Source: an uncultured virus (IMG/VR IMGVR_UViG_2657245648_000004)
Lineage: Duplodnaviria; Heunggongvirae; Uroviricota; Caudoviricetes
Length of the DNA stretch: 64,000 nt
Virus record (IMG/VR): IMGVR_UViG_2657245648_000004
Strand: one strand, 5' to 3'
Part shown: piece after piece, positions 9,595 through 19,428 of the stretch
Layout of the letters: each line of letters starts with the position of its first letter
Numbering within the stretch: position 1 is the first letter of the stretch
The notes under the pieces: model-generated
What the model was told of the DNA's origin: nothing
Seen by the model: only the letters and a program-made list of their open reading frames with translations
The model's database searches: none
Position numbers and translations under genes: made by a program

Positions 9595-10260
9595 TTATTC
9601 CTTCGGAATTAATTTAAGAAGTTCGGCTTTAGTTGCTGATGGTTTATAACCAATGTCTTTACTTGCTAAGTACTCTTTTAATTGATCATTAGACCAATTT
9701 TCAAAATCATTAGCCGCCGTTTCTGTTGTCGGATTTTCTGTCGCTTTCCCTGCTTCCAATTCAGCAATACGCGCTTTCATGGCCGCAATATCATTTTTAA
9801 AAGCATCAAATTCTGCTTGGATACTTTCCACCTGTGCTTCAGCTGCTTTAGTAGCCTTATCTGCTAGGGTTACAGCATCTTTTAAACGTGAGTTTTCAGA
9901 AATCAACTCCGAACTATCACCACTGGCCTGTTCTAAGATTTGGATTTTTTGTTTAAGTTGCCCGTTTTCTTCAACGACTTTTTCACACTCGGCTTTCGCA
10001 TTATCGATAACCTCTTGCAGTTCAGGTGTAATTCCTACTTCAACATTTACTGTGGCCAAAGTGGTTTTTGCAGGTTCTTCCAATTTGCGAACTTCAACTG
10101 GAATGCCCAAATCTTCATAATCATTATGAATTTTCGGATAATCGCCGTAGATGATGACTTCTTCAGCACTACGATTTGGATATTCGTAGTAATCAGGGTT
10201 TGCAATTGTCCCTACTTCTAAAGCTGCAGCTGCCGCAATACGTGTATAGATTAATTTCAT
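9595..10260 (-). CDS. Coiled-coil protein with C-terminal HeH/LEM-like domain
   Basis: WSNDQLKEYLASKDIGYKPSATKAELLKLI; follows the capsid gene. Confidence 0.7.
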   Translation of the reverse strand: MKLIYTRIAAAAALEVGTIANPDYYEYPNRSAEEVIIYGDYPKIHNDYEDLGIPVEVRKLEEPAKTTLATVNVEVGITPELQEVIDNAKAECEKVVEENGQLKQKIQILEQASGDSSELISENSRLKDAVTLADKATKAAEAQVESIQAEFDAFKNDIAAMKARIAELEAGKATENPTTETAANDFENWSNDQLKEYLASKDIGYKPSATKAELLKLIPKE

Positions 10261-10326
10261 GATGCTTTTCTCTTATTAATAAAAAAGAGGGCTTAATAGC
10301 CCTCTGATAAATGAGATTTTTAAGAA

Positions 10327-11280
10327 TTAACCAGTAGTTGTACCTGACAAATCAAGCAATGTACCAGCCGTCATTTTGTTGCTTGTTGCATGCTTCAACC
10401 AGTTAGCACTTGAACCAAGTAATGTAAGATCAGGATTAATACCTTTGGTTGTATCCCAACTATAACCAAGAATATCTAGGTTAAATGTACCTTCAGCACG
10501 CATACCAATTCCTAAGTTTTCTTCATCATTGATGTCGTACGCTCGGAAGCCAGGTACTTGTGATTCAGTGACAGTAACTGCTCCCATTTGCAAACCAAAT
10601 GCATCATCGTCACCTACAGCATCAGTAACCAATACCGGCTTACCTAAAGTACCTGGCAAACCACCATAGATTACGATTTCCGATTCGCCGTAGATTTGTT
10701 TAGTGATCGCATCATCGACAATATCGAAGTACGTATCTGAGTTCATTACCCATAAACTAATACGGCCAAATTTGTCGCCAAACTTACGCATACCACGTGT
10801 TAATGCTTTACGGCCATCCACAGCGATACTACCTTTTGCAACCATATCAATATTGCTAGAAATAGCGGCTTTTAATGAAGCTAAGCTGTACTGTAAACGT
10901 CCTGCAACTAAAGCATCTGCCAAATCATAACCAAGAATCATTGCGAACTCTTCAGGTGTGCGAGCTCGGCGCTTAAATGCCTCTTCTGTAGAGGCATAAG
11001 GACCATATTTATATGGAACTTTCACACCTACAGATTCTCCAGAACCAATTTTCTCAGGAACCACTTTGGCCGTTGAATTCACATCACGATGTTTGATGCT
11101 ACCACCAACTTTATAGAAAGCTTCTTTATTGAAATCACCTTCAATAATTTCGTTACGGTAGATAATCGCGCCGTTTGAAGCTTGGTTAAAGACATTTAAA
11201 TTGTCTTGCAAACGCTCTAAATAAGCAGTTTGAGCCAATTGGTTGTAGATGATCATGTCTGAATTTACTGTTGTAGTCAT
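10327..11280 (-). CDS. Major capsid protein, prophage 1
   Basis: 317 aa; directly after the scaffold gene. Confidence 0.82.
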   Translation of the reverse strand: MTTTVNSDMIIYNQLAQTAYLERLQDNLNVFNQASNGAIIYRNEIIEGDFNKEAFYKVGGSIKHRDVNSTAKVVPEKIGSGESVGVKVPYKYGPYASTEEAFKRRARTPEEFAMILGYDLADALVAGRLQYSLASLKAAISSNIDMVAKGSIAVDGRKALTRGMRKFGDKFGRISLWVMNSDTYFDIVDDAITKQIYGESEIVIYGGLPGTLGKPVLVTDAVGDDDAFGLQMGAVTVTESQVPGFRAYDINDEENLGIGMRAEGTFNLDILGYSWDTTKGINPDLTLLGSSANWLKHATSNKMTAGTLLDLSGTTTG

Positions 11281-11307
11281 AACTACTTATCTCCAAATAT
11301 TTAATGA

Positions 11308-12075
11308 TTAGTTCGGTAGTTTTAGGAAAGATTCTTGGCCATGTTCTTTGATGTAATCGGCTCTTTGAGATACTGACATCTCGCTTCGCTTCATACCTGC
11401 TGGAGCTCCACCTTTGCCCCCACCTTGAAAACCGCCACCAGTTCCTTTACCACCTTTAAGAATTAAGTCTTTATGCTGGTATCCACCAACCAATGACTCT
11501 AAAGCTTCATCAACATTTGCAAGTTCACCCGGGCGGACACGTGAATAAATCTTTTCGCCGTTCGGATCATATGCAACCACCTTGCCTTCTTCGATTTTGA
11601 AGTGATGACCAAAGGTTGCCTGAACCATGTCCACAGGTACTGCAATGTTGTCTTGAATGTACTTAGAACGAGCAAAACCACCGCCGATAAGTTCTTTATG
11701 TAAAGAGGCTTCTAGAGCATCACGTTGCGCAACAATCGGGGCATATTTTTCCTCAACTGCTTTGATAGCTTCAGCTTTCACTTTCTCAACTTCGCCGGCA
11801 TCGACCAGCTTTTTATCGTCGAGATTTTGGATTGTTTGTAATGCCTTTTTAGCTGCCGCTGGGTCTTCGATTCCATCAAAAGCTTTTAATGCTTTTTCGG
11901 CTGCTTCTTTGGCTTCACGATGTGTTTTAGCTTCATTGTTTAAGCGTGCAATTGTTGCTACCGAGTGTGGTGCATCATGTGGCATTTCTTTGCCGTCATC
12001 ATGAATATAGATCGGCTTATCACCGTCTACTTCCGCATAAACTTTACCGTCGATTGTTACTGTTTTAAGTTTCAT
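11308..12075 (-). CDS. Capsid scaffolding protein
   Basis: Coiled coil, Gly-rich linker, short C-terminal helix; upstream of MCP. Confidence 0.78.
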   Translation of the reverse strand: MKLKTVTIDGKVYAEVDGDKPIYIHDDGKEMPHDAPHSVATIARLNNEAKTHREAKEAAEKALKAFDGIEDPAAAKKALQTIQNLDDKKLVDAGEVEKVKAEAIKAVEEKYAPIVAQRDALEASLHKELIGGGFARSKYIQDNIAVPVDMVQATFGHHFKIEEGKVVAYDPNGEKIYSRVRPGELANVDEALESLVGGYQHKDLILKGGKGTGGGFQGGGKGGAPAGMKRSEMSVSQRADYIKEHGQESFLKLPN

Positions 12076-12188
12076 TGGTCATCCAACCTATATATACAAA
12101 ATGGGCATCCGCCCGGATTCGCCGTTAGCATCCGCTTTCGGCAGGCAATAAAAAAGCGCCCTTTAGGACGCTTCATTTCTATAAATGA

Positions 12189-12380
12189 TTATTTACTTAA
12201 AGCTTGGCGTACAAATGCATCTTTTGCTTCAAGTAGCTTTCTTAATCCTGTGGATTTTTCAGGCCCGTCAGGAAGTTGCTCATCCATTTGCCGAGCTAAA
12301 TCACCAATTGGCTTACTAACTTGCTGCAAATGTTCAGGTAAATGTTCATATTGGAAATATTGGATAATAGGGCTTGGCAT
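12189..12380 (-). CDS. Small helical-hairpin protein, candidate anti-defence sponge
   Basis: YFQYEHLPEHLQ..LPDGPEKSTGLRKLLEAKDAFVR; bounded by terminators; syntenic with the Tad1-like gene of prophage 2. Confidence 0.6.
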   Translation of the reverse strand: MPSPIIQYFQYEHLPEHLQQVSKPIGDLARQMDEQLPDGPEKSTGLRKLLEAKDAFVRQALSK

Positions 12381-12603
12381 TTTCTTCTCGCAAAAAAAGC
12401 ACCCGAAGGTGCTATGGTTAAAAATTAAGTTCTATTTGATGAGTGCAATTGCTTTTAATCTTTCAAAAGTAAAACCATAAATTGCCATGGCTTGAAACCT
12501 TAATTTGAAGAAATGGCACCAGAATTCATTTTGTGCTCAGAATATATTGAGCATCTGACATATTGATTTGCTTTTCAGGCATTTGTAGTACCTTTAGCTA
12601 CGT

Positions 12604-12840
12604 TTACTTTTTATTCCAAACCTCTGATCTAGGTTCATCACCAACTAAGCGGATGCCTTGAGGACCACCTACATCAAATGTTGCCGTGATAGTCGCTGGA
12701 CCCTCAAAAACACTACAATTCATTTTTACAGCGGTTAATCCAGCTAATGGAATACCTGTTTCCTCGTCACAAAGAGCAAGATGAGAAGATTTATCTGAAA
12801 CTCTTTTAAGTACCAAATGTCTAACTTTTGATTCACTCAT
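12604..12840 (-). CDS. Conserved hypothetical protein
   Basis: Homologous to 62273-62503 (RHLVLKR..CDEETG.PLAG..GPATIT). Confidence 0.75.
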   Translation of the reverse strand: MSESKVRHLVLKRVSDKSSHLALCDEETGIPLAGLTAVKMNCSVFEGPATITATFDVGGPQGIRLVGDEPRSEVWNKK

Positions 12841-12938
12841 AAGCCAAACTCCATAAATGACAAAAGCGCTGTTTGGGCGCTTTTATAGGTGAAAATTGTG
12901 TCTAAAGTGAATTTAGGATTGCCTGTCATCGGCGATAA

Positions 12939-13331
12939 TTACTCACAGTTAAATCCAGTTCCAACAAGGTCTTTTTTCAAATTTGAAACGAGATTTTGTT
13001 GTTCCTGCTGTTGTCCACTAAGATAATTTTTATCTAGAGTCTCTGCACCATCAATAGATTTATAAAGCTCTTTAGATTCCTCTAAATTGTCTTTTAAAAA
13101 CGTGGTGAGGTTTAGTTTCGCCTGGGCAGCTCTACATAAATTATTTTTAGCTTCTAAATCTTGAGTAGCCTGTTTTACTTGACCAGTTGTAGGATCAAAA
13201 GAATATGCATTTGCCATTGCTGACTCCAAAGCTTCAGACAATCGATCATATTCTTTAAGATATTTTTGACTTGGTTCAGCTAAACAAGTGATGGAAATTA
13301 GGGTTAGACATACAAAAGCTATTGTTTTCAT
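12939..13331 (-). CDS. Secreted/periplasmic helical protein (accessory)
   Basis: Signal peptide MKTIAFVCLTLISITCLA; absent from the equivalent position in prophage 2. Confidence 0.65.
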   Translation of the reverse strand: MKTIAFVCLTLISITCLAEPSQKYLKEYDRLSEALESAMANAYSFDPTTGQVKQATQDLEAKNNLCRAAQAKLNLTTFLKDNLEESKELYKSIDGAETLDKNYLSGQQQEQQNLVSNLKKDLVGTGFNCE

Positions 13332-13375
13332 ATTGTATAAATTCTGATGTTTTAAAAAAAATAACATAAGAAAAA

Positions 13376-14479
13376 TTACAGACCCAACTTTTTAAAAGCT
13401 TTTTCATCCAACTTTCTCAAATCATCTAAGCTATAGAAACGGCCTTCAGGATCAAAGAACTTTTCAAAATCAAATTTTCCTTCCTTATAGAGCTTGTAAC
13501 GCTTCGGCCCTAGCCACTCTTTTTGAAAGAAATCATCTGTCTTTTTAAAGAATTCTTTAAAAGTGGTATTGGCATCTAACTGTCCTATTAACTGGCTTCG
13601 CTCTTCTTTGGGGATGTCTTTAACTCTACGTTCGTCCATTACAAATGGCCGTTCGCCAACAAGTTGACCGTCCTTCTCGACCGGAACCAAGATACTGCGA
13701 CAGTTAGGATGTAACGGCGGCACTCGCTTTGCCGGATCATTTATTTCCCACACTGAACCATCTAATGAAGCGCAAAGCTTAGAAGTTCGTCCATCTAAAA
13801 CGCTAACAAATCTGACATATTCAAAGCCAATTTGGTTGAAGCTATTTAGATAGGCTTGATTAGCTACATGACTTCGCACAGTTCTTACCGTTCGCTCAAT
13901 ATCAGTTTTGGTACCATTTAAGATCCCATCTTCATAGTTAAGCCGTTTGGTACCACGAATACGCTGAACAATTTCTTGGTTAGTTTTGCCTGAATTAATA
14001 CCATCTCGAATTGCATACTCAACCTTTTGACGGGCACTTTCAGCAATTCTTGAAAGCAGATCATCGACAAGAGCGCCACCTGCCAACGGAACTTTTTTAG
14101 CGGATAAGAATAGTTTTTCCCCATCAGGCTTATTAATTTTTGCTCCATAGAGCTTAGCTACGTAATTGGCCTCATAAACAGCCAGCGCCGTAGCAGAAAC
14201 GGCAAAAGCTTCAGGTAATGCTAAATTAACACTGGCAAACCATTGGGCAATCAAATCCCTAATTTCCCTTAAATTTGAAGTTGTATATTTACCACCAGCT
14301 AAAGCAACTTTCTCCGACTCATTAAGCTCATCCAATAAATCCCGAAGCTTAGATAGCATCTTGCTCGTATCATCATTGAATAAAGCCAATAACTCATTTA
14401 CCGTTTTTGATGAAGCACGATAAAGATAGGCCTGGTGCTGAGTGAGTGCTTCAAATAGTTTTTTGATATCTGTTGCCAT
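13376..14479 (-). CDS. Head morphogenesis protein (SPP1 gp7/Mu gpF family)
   Basis: LDGRTS..C..LDG and PPLHPNCRS motifs. Confidence 0.9.
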   Translation of the reverse strand: MATDIKKLFEALTQHQAYLYRASSKTVNELLALFNDDTSKMLSKLRDLLDELNESEKVALAGGKYTTSNLREIRDLIAQWFASVNLALPEAFAVSATALAVYEANYVAKLYGAKINKPDGEKLFLSAKKVPLAGGALVDDLLSRIAESARQKVEYAIRDGINSGKTNQEIVQRIRGTKRLNYEDGILNGTKTDIERTVRTVRSHVANQAYLNSFNQIGFEYVRFVSVLDGRTSKLCASLDGSVWEINDPAKRVPPLHPNCRSILVPVEKDGQLVGERPFVMDERRVKDIPKEERSQLIGQLDANTTFKEFFKKTDDFFQKEWLGPKRYKLYKEGKFDFEKFFDPEGRFYSLDDLRKLDEKAFKKLGL

Positions 14480-14480
14480 C

Positions 14481-15932
14481 TCACTCTACCTTTTGATTTA
14501 AAGTCCCATCTTGCTCTGCTTCAACATTCTGAAGCTCTTCTTCATATTTTTGTTTAGGGAACATACCTGTTTGGTTGTATTCCCACCATGATTTAAATGA
14601 AGATCGGCCTTGTAGAGCTGCTTCAAATAACTGTCGAGCTAACTCAGCTAAATAACCCTGTTTGTTAAATTCTTGACTGATTTCGAACATCAAATCATCT
14701 TTAGTTAGAACATCCACATTAGGCGTTACAAACTTTGCTGCCCATCGTAATGCTGCTGACAAGGCTTCATTCATATTAACGACACAGAGCGAAAGAACTG
14801 AATGCTGAACGGCGTCATCACTATTTGCCTCTGTAGCAGTCTTTTTGCTTCCAGAACCCTTCTCAATTAAACGCGCCCCCATCTCCTTCATTTTTTCCCA
14901 CTTATCTTTCATCGCTTCCCGGGCAAGAGTATTAGGGTCGGCTTGAACAATTCCTAATTCACCATTTTCAGGTAAAGGCAAAAGTACTTTCGCACCAATG
15001 TATATGCCACGTTTTTTGGCTTGGTCGTACCATTCCCATGTAACACCCTTCGCAAAGTATTGAGGTTGCCCCATATAAAAAACGGACTCTTGAAAGTCCG
15101 CACTGTCACGATAATGGGCTAAATTGAGATTGGCCAAAGGAAGTAATGGCGGCTTCTTAATCTCTTCTGAATTATCAATTGCACCTACAAATGTAAAAGG
15201 TATATAGGTCCAGAAATTCCCATTGTAATCTGTTGGAAACTTCTTATCTCCGCCAACCCAGTTACCCTTTTCACCCTTTGTGTACACCTGAACGGAATAA
15301 ATATATTCCCCATTACCCTCTTGCTCTAAACGAAGTACACGATATTGCTCTTGTTCGGTTTTACTAAATCCATCAGCACCGCGCTCAGACCTAAATTCAC
15401 GGATAACCACTAAGCAAAGCTTTTTCTGGTTATCGATCATTACTGAATCCCAATTCACTACATCAAGGGCATTTAGTAAATGAATCATCGGATAGGCTTT
15501 TTGTGCTTTAAATTCCGCTAGATTACGAGCTGGCGGCACATCAGGATAATCTACATATAAAGCACAACGATAATGCTTCAATAAATGGCGAATTCCATTT
15601 TGAGCCAATTGATAAGTACTTAAACCAGCACCATTTGCATTACGTTCTAAATGAGCAAGTTCCGGAGGAAATTTAAAACTTGGATCTGTTGCAAAAGCTG
15701 CTCCAACTAAACTATTTGATGTAGTCCCTGTTACTTCATAAAAGACTGCACGGGTAAGATAAGCCTCATAAGCGCTTTTATTTGCAGGTGACTTATCATG
15801 TGCATTTGGCATCGGCAAATATTTTTCACCTTTAGCCTTAACTGCATCCTCACCTTCACAAACATCATCAAGTTTTTGCCAGTATGGCAAGTTCTTAACA
15901 TATTCAGCATGTTGAAAAGTTACATCACTCAT
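14481..15932 (-). CDS. Portal protein (DUF4055 type)
   Basis: 483 aa after TerL; PPLL.LA.LNLAHYR.SAD motif. Confidence 0.85.
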   Translation of the reverse strand: MSDVTFQHAEYVKNLPYWQKLDDVCEGEDAVKAKGEKYLPMPNAHDKSPANKSAYEAYLTRAVFYEVTGTTSNSLVGAAFATDPSFKFPPELAHLERNANGAGLSTYQLAQNGIRHLLKHYRCALYVDYPDVPPARNLAEFKAQKAYPMIHLLNALDVVNWDSVMIDNQKKLCLVVIREFRSERGADGFSKTEQEQYRVLRLEQEGNGEYIYSVQVYTKGEKGNWVGGDKKFPTDYNGNFWTYIPFTFVGAIDNSEEIKKPPLLPLANLNLAHYRDSADFQESVFYMGQPQYFAKGVTWEWYDQAKKRGIYIGAKVLLPLPENGELGIVQADPNTLAREAMKDKWEKMKEMGARLIEKGSGSKKTATEANSDDAVQHSVLSLCVVNMNEALSAALRWAAKFVTPNVDVLTKDDLMFEISQEFNKQGYLAELARQLFEAALQGRSSFKSWWEYNQTGMFPKQKYEEELQNVEAEQDGTLNQKVE

Positions 15933-17356
15933 CGTGCAAATCCCATATCAGCAAAGAAGGCTTCAAAACCTTCATGTAATTCATTAAACGCATCTGAGGC
16001 TGCATCCACTTGGTCATCATGTGTACCGTTAGGAAAATGACGAAGCTCATCAATAAAGTCCTTATTCCATTCACCTTTGAGCATACGTACATTTCCTACG
16101 TTTACTTGAGCGGCAAAAGGCTGTGCCCGAGTGATCTTGTCACCCGATACTGGTTTTGCAACCACATGATAGCCACTGAGAAGTTTTGTAAATGCCAGAG
16201 CTTGAGATTTCCCTGCTTGACCAGGATCCTGAGGAATTCGAACAGTTACGTTTTTTCCATCAAGCTCAGTGGTTTGCTTTAAGCGTTTATTTACATTGTC
16301 TGGACCAAGCTGTCCTCTAGTTACATCGACAATGTAAGTAAAACCATCTGCGCCTAGAGCTTCTCTTACACCTACAGTAAAGTCGCCTTCGTTTTCGGTT
16401 GCTCCAAAGTCCCAAGCCCTTACTTGTTTCAAGACATCCGCAGGCAAAGCATCAACAATTTGAATATTGTCAGGCTTAAAAAAACCGCCTGCTGGCGGTG
16501 ATGGCATTTGTCGGTACTGCCCCGCAAAAACATACGGCGCAGCTTGCTCCATTTGCCTTAACTTTTGGATATTGTGTTTTGCTGGCCATAGTGCGGATCC
16601 GTCTTCCTGAATAGCAGAAAGACAAAGATGTTCCCATACCTCACCGTTACCACCAGCTACAGGAACGCCATCTTTTCTATCGCCTAACAACCAACCAGCC
16701 AAATCATCTTCATGAAGTCGCTGCATAATCACAATAATCGGCGTATCTGGTGAGTTAGTACGCGACTCAAGGGTGTTTTGGAACCAATCAATTACCCCTT
16801 CTCGAATTGTTTTAGAAGAAGCTTCATGCGCTTTGTGTGGGTCATCGATAATGATGCATCCACCAAACCCATCACGAAGTTTACCTGCGCCAAAACCAGT
16901 AATCGTACCGCCTGTACCAGTCGCATAGCAGACACCGCCTTGAGAAGTTCTCCAGAAGTCTTTAGCCTTACTATCATCACGCAATGTAAGATCAGGAAAG
17001 ACCTTTTTATACGCCTCCTCTTGTACGAGTGTTCGAATCTGGAAGGCGTTATTTGCGGCAAGCATTGCCGAGTAACTGATATGAATAAACTCACAGTCAG
17101 GCTTCTTTCCAAAACACCAAGCCATAAAATTAATTACAGCAATTTCAGTTTTAGAATATCGTGGTGGAACGTTAATAATTAACCGCTTTATCTCTCCGCG
17201 ATAAACTTTCATCAAAGCTTCACAGATTTCTAAGTGGTGCCAGTTCTGCATCCATTTATAACCACGGCGCTCCTTAAACATGTACCTTGTGAAGAAATAT
17301 AAATCTTCTTGCGCCTCGATCTGGATGGCTTTATCCCGAGCCGCATCAGTACTCAT
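15929..17356 (-). CDS. terL: Terminase large subunit
   Basis: PPRYSKT Walker A, IIIDDPHK Walker B, MQRLH, HDDQVDA nuclease motif. Confidence 0.93.
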   Translation of the reverse strand: MSTDAARDKAIQIEAQEDLYFFTRYMFKERRGYKWMQNWHHLEICEALMKVYRGEIKRLIINVPPRYSKTEIAVINFMAWCFGKKPDCEFIHISYSAMLAANNAFQIRTLVQEEAYKKVFPDLTLRDDSKAKDFWRTSQGGVCYATGTGGTITGFGAGKLRDGFGGCIIIDDPHKAHEASSKTIREGVIDWFQNTLESRTNSPDTPIIVIMQRLHEDDLAGWLLGDRKDGVPVAGGNGEVWEHLCLSAIQEDGSALWPAKHNIQKLRQMEQAAPYVFAGQYRQMPSPPAGGFFKPDNIQIVDALPADVLKQVRAWDFGATENEGDFTVGVREALGADGFTYIVDVTRGQLGPDNVNKRLKQTTELDGKNVTVRIPQDPGQAGKSQALAFTKLLSGYHVVAKPVSGDKITRAQPFAAQVNVGNVRMLKGEWNKDFIDELRHFPNGTHDDQVDAASDAFNELHEGFEAFFADMGFAR

Positions 17357-17816
17357 CTAAGACTTCCCTCCGCGCTTTTAAGTAATCTTCCATTGGAACT
17401 GGAATTTCAGAATTAACTGTTTGGACTGGTCCGCCGTCTTTGCCTGTAATTTCTTGACGATTAGTAAATTGACCACCAATGTCTTTAGCGGCTTGCTCAA
17501 GAATTTTTAAGGCTGTTTTGACGTTTCTAGTCTTCTCAAGCTGTCTTTGGTATTGCTTCAGTCGGTAGTACTTATTAGCAATAGGAATATCAATTAAGCC
17601 TTTATCAAACTTCTCTCTGGTTAATTCAAAAAGCTCAACAAACTTCTTGCTTAAGTTTCTGCCCGAATATTTTGTTGGGTCATAGCATTCGCATTGGCTA
17701 CGACTAATATCAACTCCAAACTCTTGCTTGACCTGTTCAACCACTTCTTGAGGGGTATCACGGCATGCAAGAGCTTGAACAATAAATATTTTCACAGGCT
17801 CTTTTAGTGCTGCCAT
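17346..17816 (-). CDS. terS: Terminase small subunit (DUF2280 type)
   Basis: Upstream of terL; EITGKDGGPV C-terminal motif. Confidence 0.8.
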   Translation of the reverse strand: MAALKEPVKIFIVQALACRDTPQEVVEQVKQEFGVDISRSQCECYDPTKYSGRNLSKKFVELFELTREKFDKGLIDIPIANKYYRLKQYQRQLEKTRNVKTALKILEQAAKDIGGQFTNRQEITGKDGGPVQTVNSEIPVPMEDYLKARREVLDEY

Positions 17817-17874
17817 AAATTCCCCTTCGTACAGCTACGTACAGCAAACAGGACAAAAAAAAGAGCCATAAGGC

Positions 17875-18516
17875 TCAATTGATTACACAGTTCCCGCAGC
17901 ATCTCGCAATATCTAAATCAGAAACAAACGGCGGATTTTTTGCGACCTCAATAAGTCGCTTAACATTCTTACTTGGTCCCCACCGTTTAACTACGCCAAT
18001 AAACTCTTCAACGTCATGACCAGCAAGATAGTGCTTAGGCAGACCAGAACTATCGCTATAAACAATTTCTCCGTCCTCGTCTCTCATCACTCCAATGTGG
18101 TAAAGCTCATGTTCAAGCAAATAACAGAACTCTGTATCGTTTGCACGCTCACAGAAAGAAGCGTCGACAGTTATTAAGTATGTTGGCACAAAACCGAACC
18201 AGTCACGCATCTGTTGCTCTTGTCTAGCTTTACGCCAGCCACCGACGTTAAACATTACTTTTTCACACTGCCCCAGCACCATCGCCTGCTTGCTTTTATA
18301 TGCAGAAGAGGCCCAAGCAAATGCCAAGAACTCTTCATTATCATGAAGTAACTCAGCAATATGATCATGATCTGGATTATAAAGAGGCCCACCAATCGTT
18401 AAGTAATTAGCCACAACCCATTTTTTTAGGTCTGGAGCCGGTATTAAACGAATTGCTTCCTCTTCTTCAGCTTGATCAATAAAATCAGTTGGTGGAAACG
18501 GTCTGATCTGATCCAT
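17875..18516 (-). CDS. Putative phage metallopeptidase
   Basis: EHELYH and HDVEEF motifs. Confidence 0.75.
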   Translation of the reverse strand: MDQIRPFPPTDFIDQAEEEEAIRLIPAPDLKKWVVANYLTIGGPLYNPDHDHIAELLHDNEEFLAFAWASSAYKSKQAMVLGQCEKVMFNVGGWRKARQEQQMRDWFGFVPTYLITVDASFCERANDTEFCYLLEHELYHIGVMRDEDGEIVYSDSSGLPKHYLAGHDVEEFIGVVKRWGPSKNVKRLIEVAKNPPFVSDLDIARCCGNCVIN

Positions 18517-18951
18517 TAAATATTTGCCTCTTTAAGTTTTTAAGCCACTGACTAGCAAAATGAGCTTGTATCTGTAACGGGCCAGATTCATTAATTTTAA
18601 AACTTGGTGCTGCCTCTAACCGAACAACCGTATATCCCATTGCTTCAGCATCATCGTATCGATCCATACTCCAAGCTTTATCTTTGAGCTTACCTTTTCG
18701 ACCACCTGACCATGGACCACCCGCAATTTCGACCAGAATACGATGTTCAATTAAATGAAAATCAAATCGCCAATGTTTTGTAGATTTAAACTTAAATTTC
18801 TTTTCATATTTGATTTCAAGCACATCTAATGCATGAGTAAATTCTTCTTCAGCTTCTAGGTATTTTTGAGTTGCTTTGGGTAATGGGCGGCTTTTTGGTT
18901 TTGTTCTTGGTTCTTTTTTCTTGTAAGCCAAAAATAATCGTTACTGTCCAT
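18485..18951 (-). CDS. PD-(D/E)xK endonuclease (DUF559-like), frameshifted near its 5' end
   Basis: WRFDF..ILVEIAGG motif. ATG at 18951 (MDSNDYFWLTRK) joins the main frame only through a -1 shift at A AAA AAG (18913-18919). Confidence 0.65.
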
Positions 18952-19114
18952 ATAAGGCCGTCCGTAAATTATTAACTTGCTTTTTTAATCTAAGAATTAT
19001 TCTATCGATAACTAACATTTCATCACGGCTAAGACCCGATCTGGAGAGATTTTGATAACGCTCAAGTTCCTGTGAATATTTATCCAGATTTTTTTTAGCT
19101 TCGTTTTTGTCCAT
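18941..19114 (-). CDS. Small hypothetical protein (57 aa)
   Basis: Manual translation MDKNEAKKNLDKYSQEL...; similar to 22774-22977. Confidence 0.65.
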   Translation of the reverse strand: MDKNEAKKNLDKYSQELERYQNLSRSGLSRDEMLVIDRIILRLKKQVNNLRTALYGQ

Positions 19115-19123
19115 TTATCCAGC

Positions 19124-19360
19124 TCACTTATGTTTATTAAGACGACGAGCAATAAGGCGTTTTTTCTTTTGACTTAGTTTGTTAGGTTTACTCTTTACTG
19201 TATTTGCCTTACAGCTCAAAGGTGATGCGTGTCCACATGATGCAACCAAGGCGCTTAAAACACTTAGTTTTGTATTTAAGGCCATTAATCCAGCAGTTGT
19301 GGCTAGTAATAATCGGCTCATACGCACTTTTATTTCTCCAAAAAGAAAAAGCCCCTCCAA
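19124..19360 (-). CDS. Small basic hypothetical protein (start probably at MSRLLL)
   Basis: ORF downstream of the terminator at ~19345-19381. Confidence 0.5.
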   Translation of the reverse strand: MEGLFLFGEIKVRMSRLLLATTAGLMALNTKLSVLSALVASCGHASPLSCKANTVKSKPNKLSQKKKRLIARRLNKHK

Positions 19361-19428
19361 TAACCATTTTTTAGAGGGGCCGTTTGCGCCGCAATTATTA
19401 CGGCAAACTTTTAAACCAAATTATGAGA

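Noticed and set aside
12432..12582. Short ORF fragments MPEKQINMSDAQYILSTK and MAIYGFTFERLK
   Set aside because: Interrupted by a stop and a frame change; possibly a gene remnant but not identifiable
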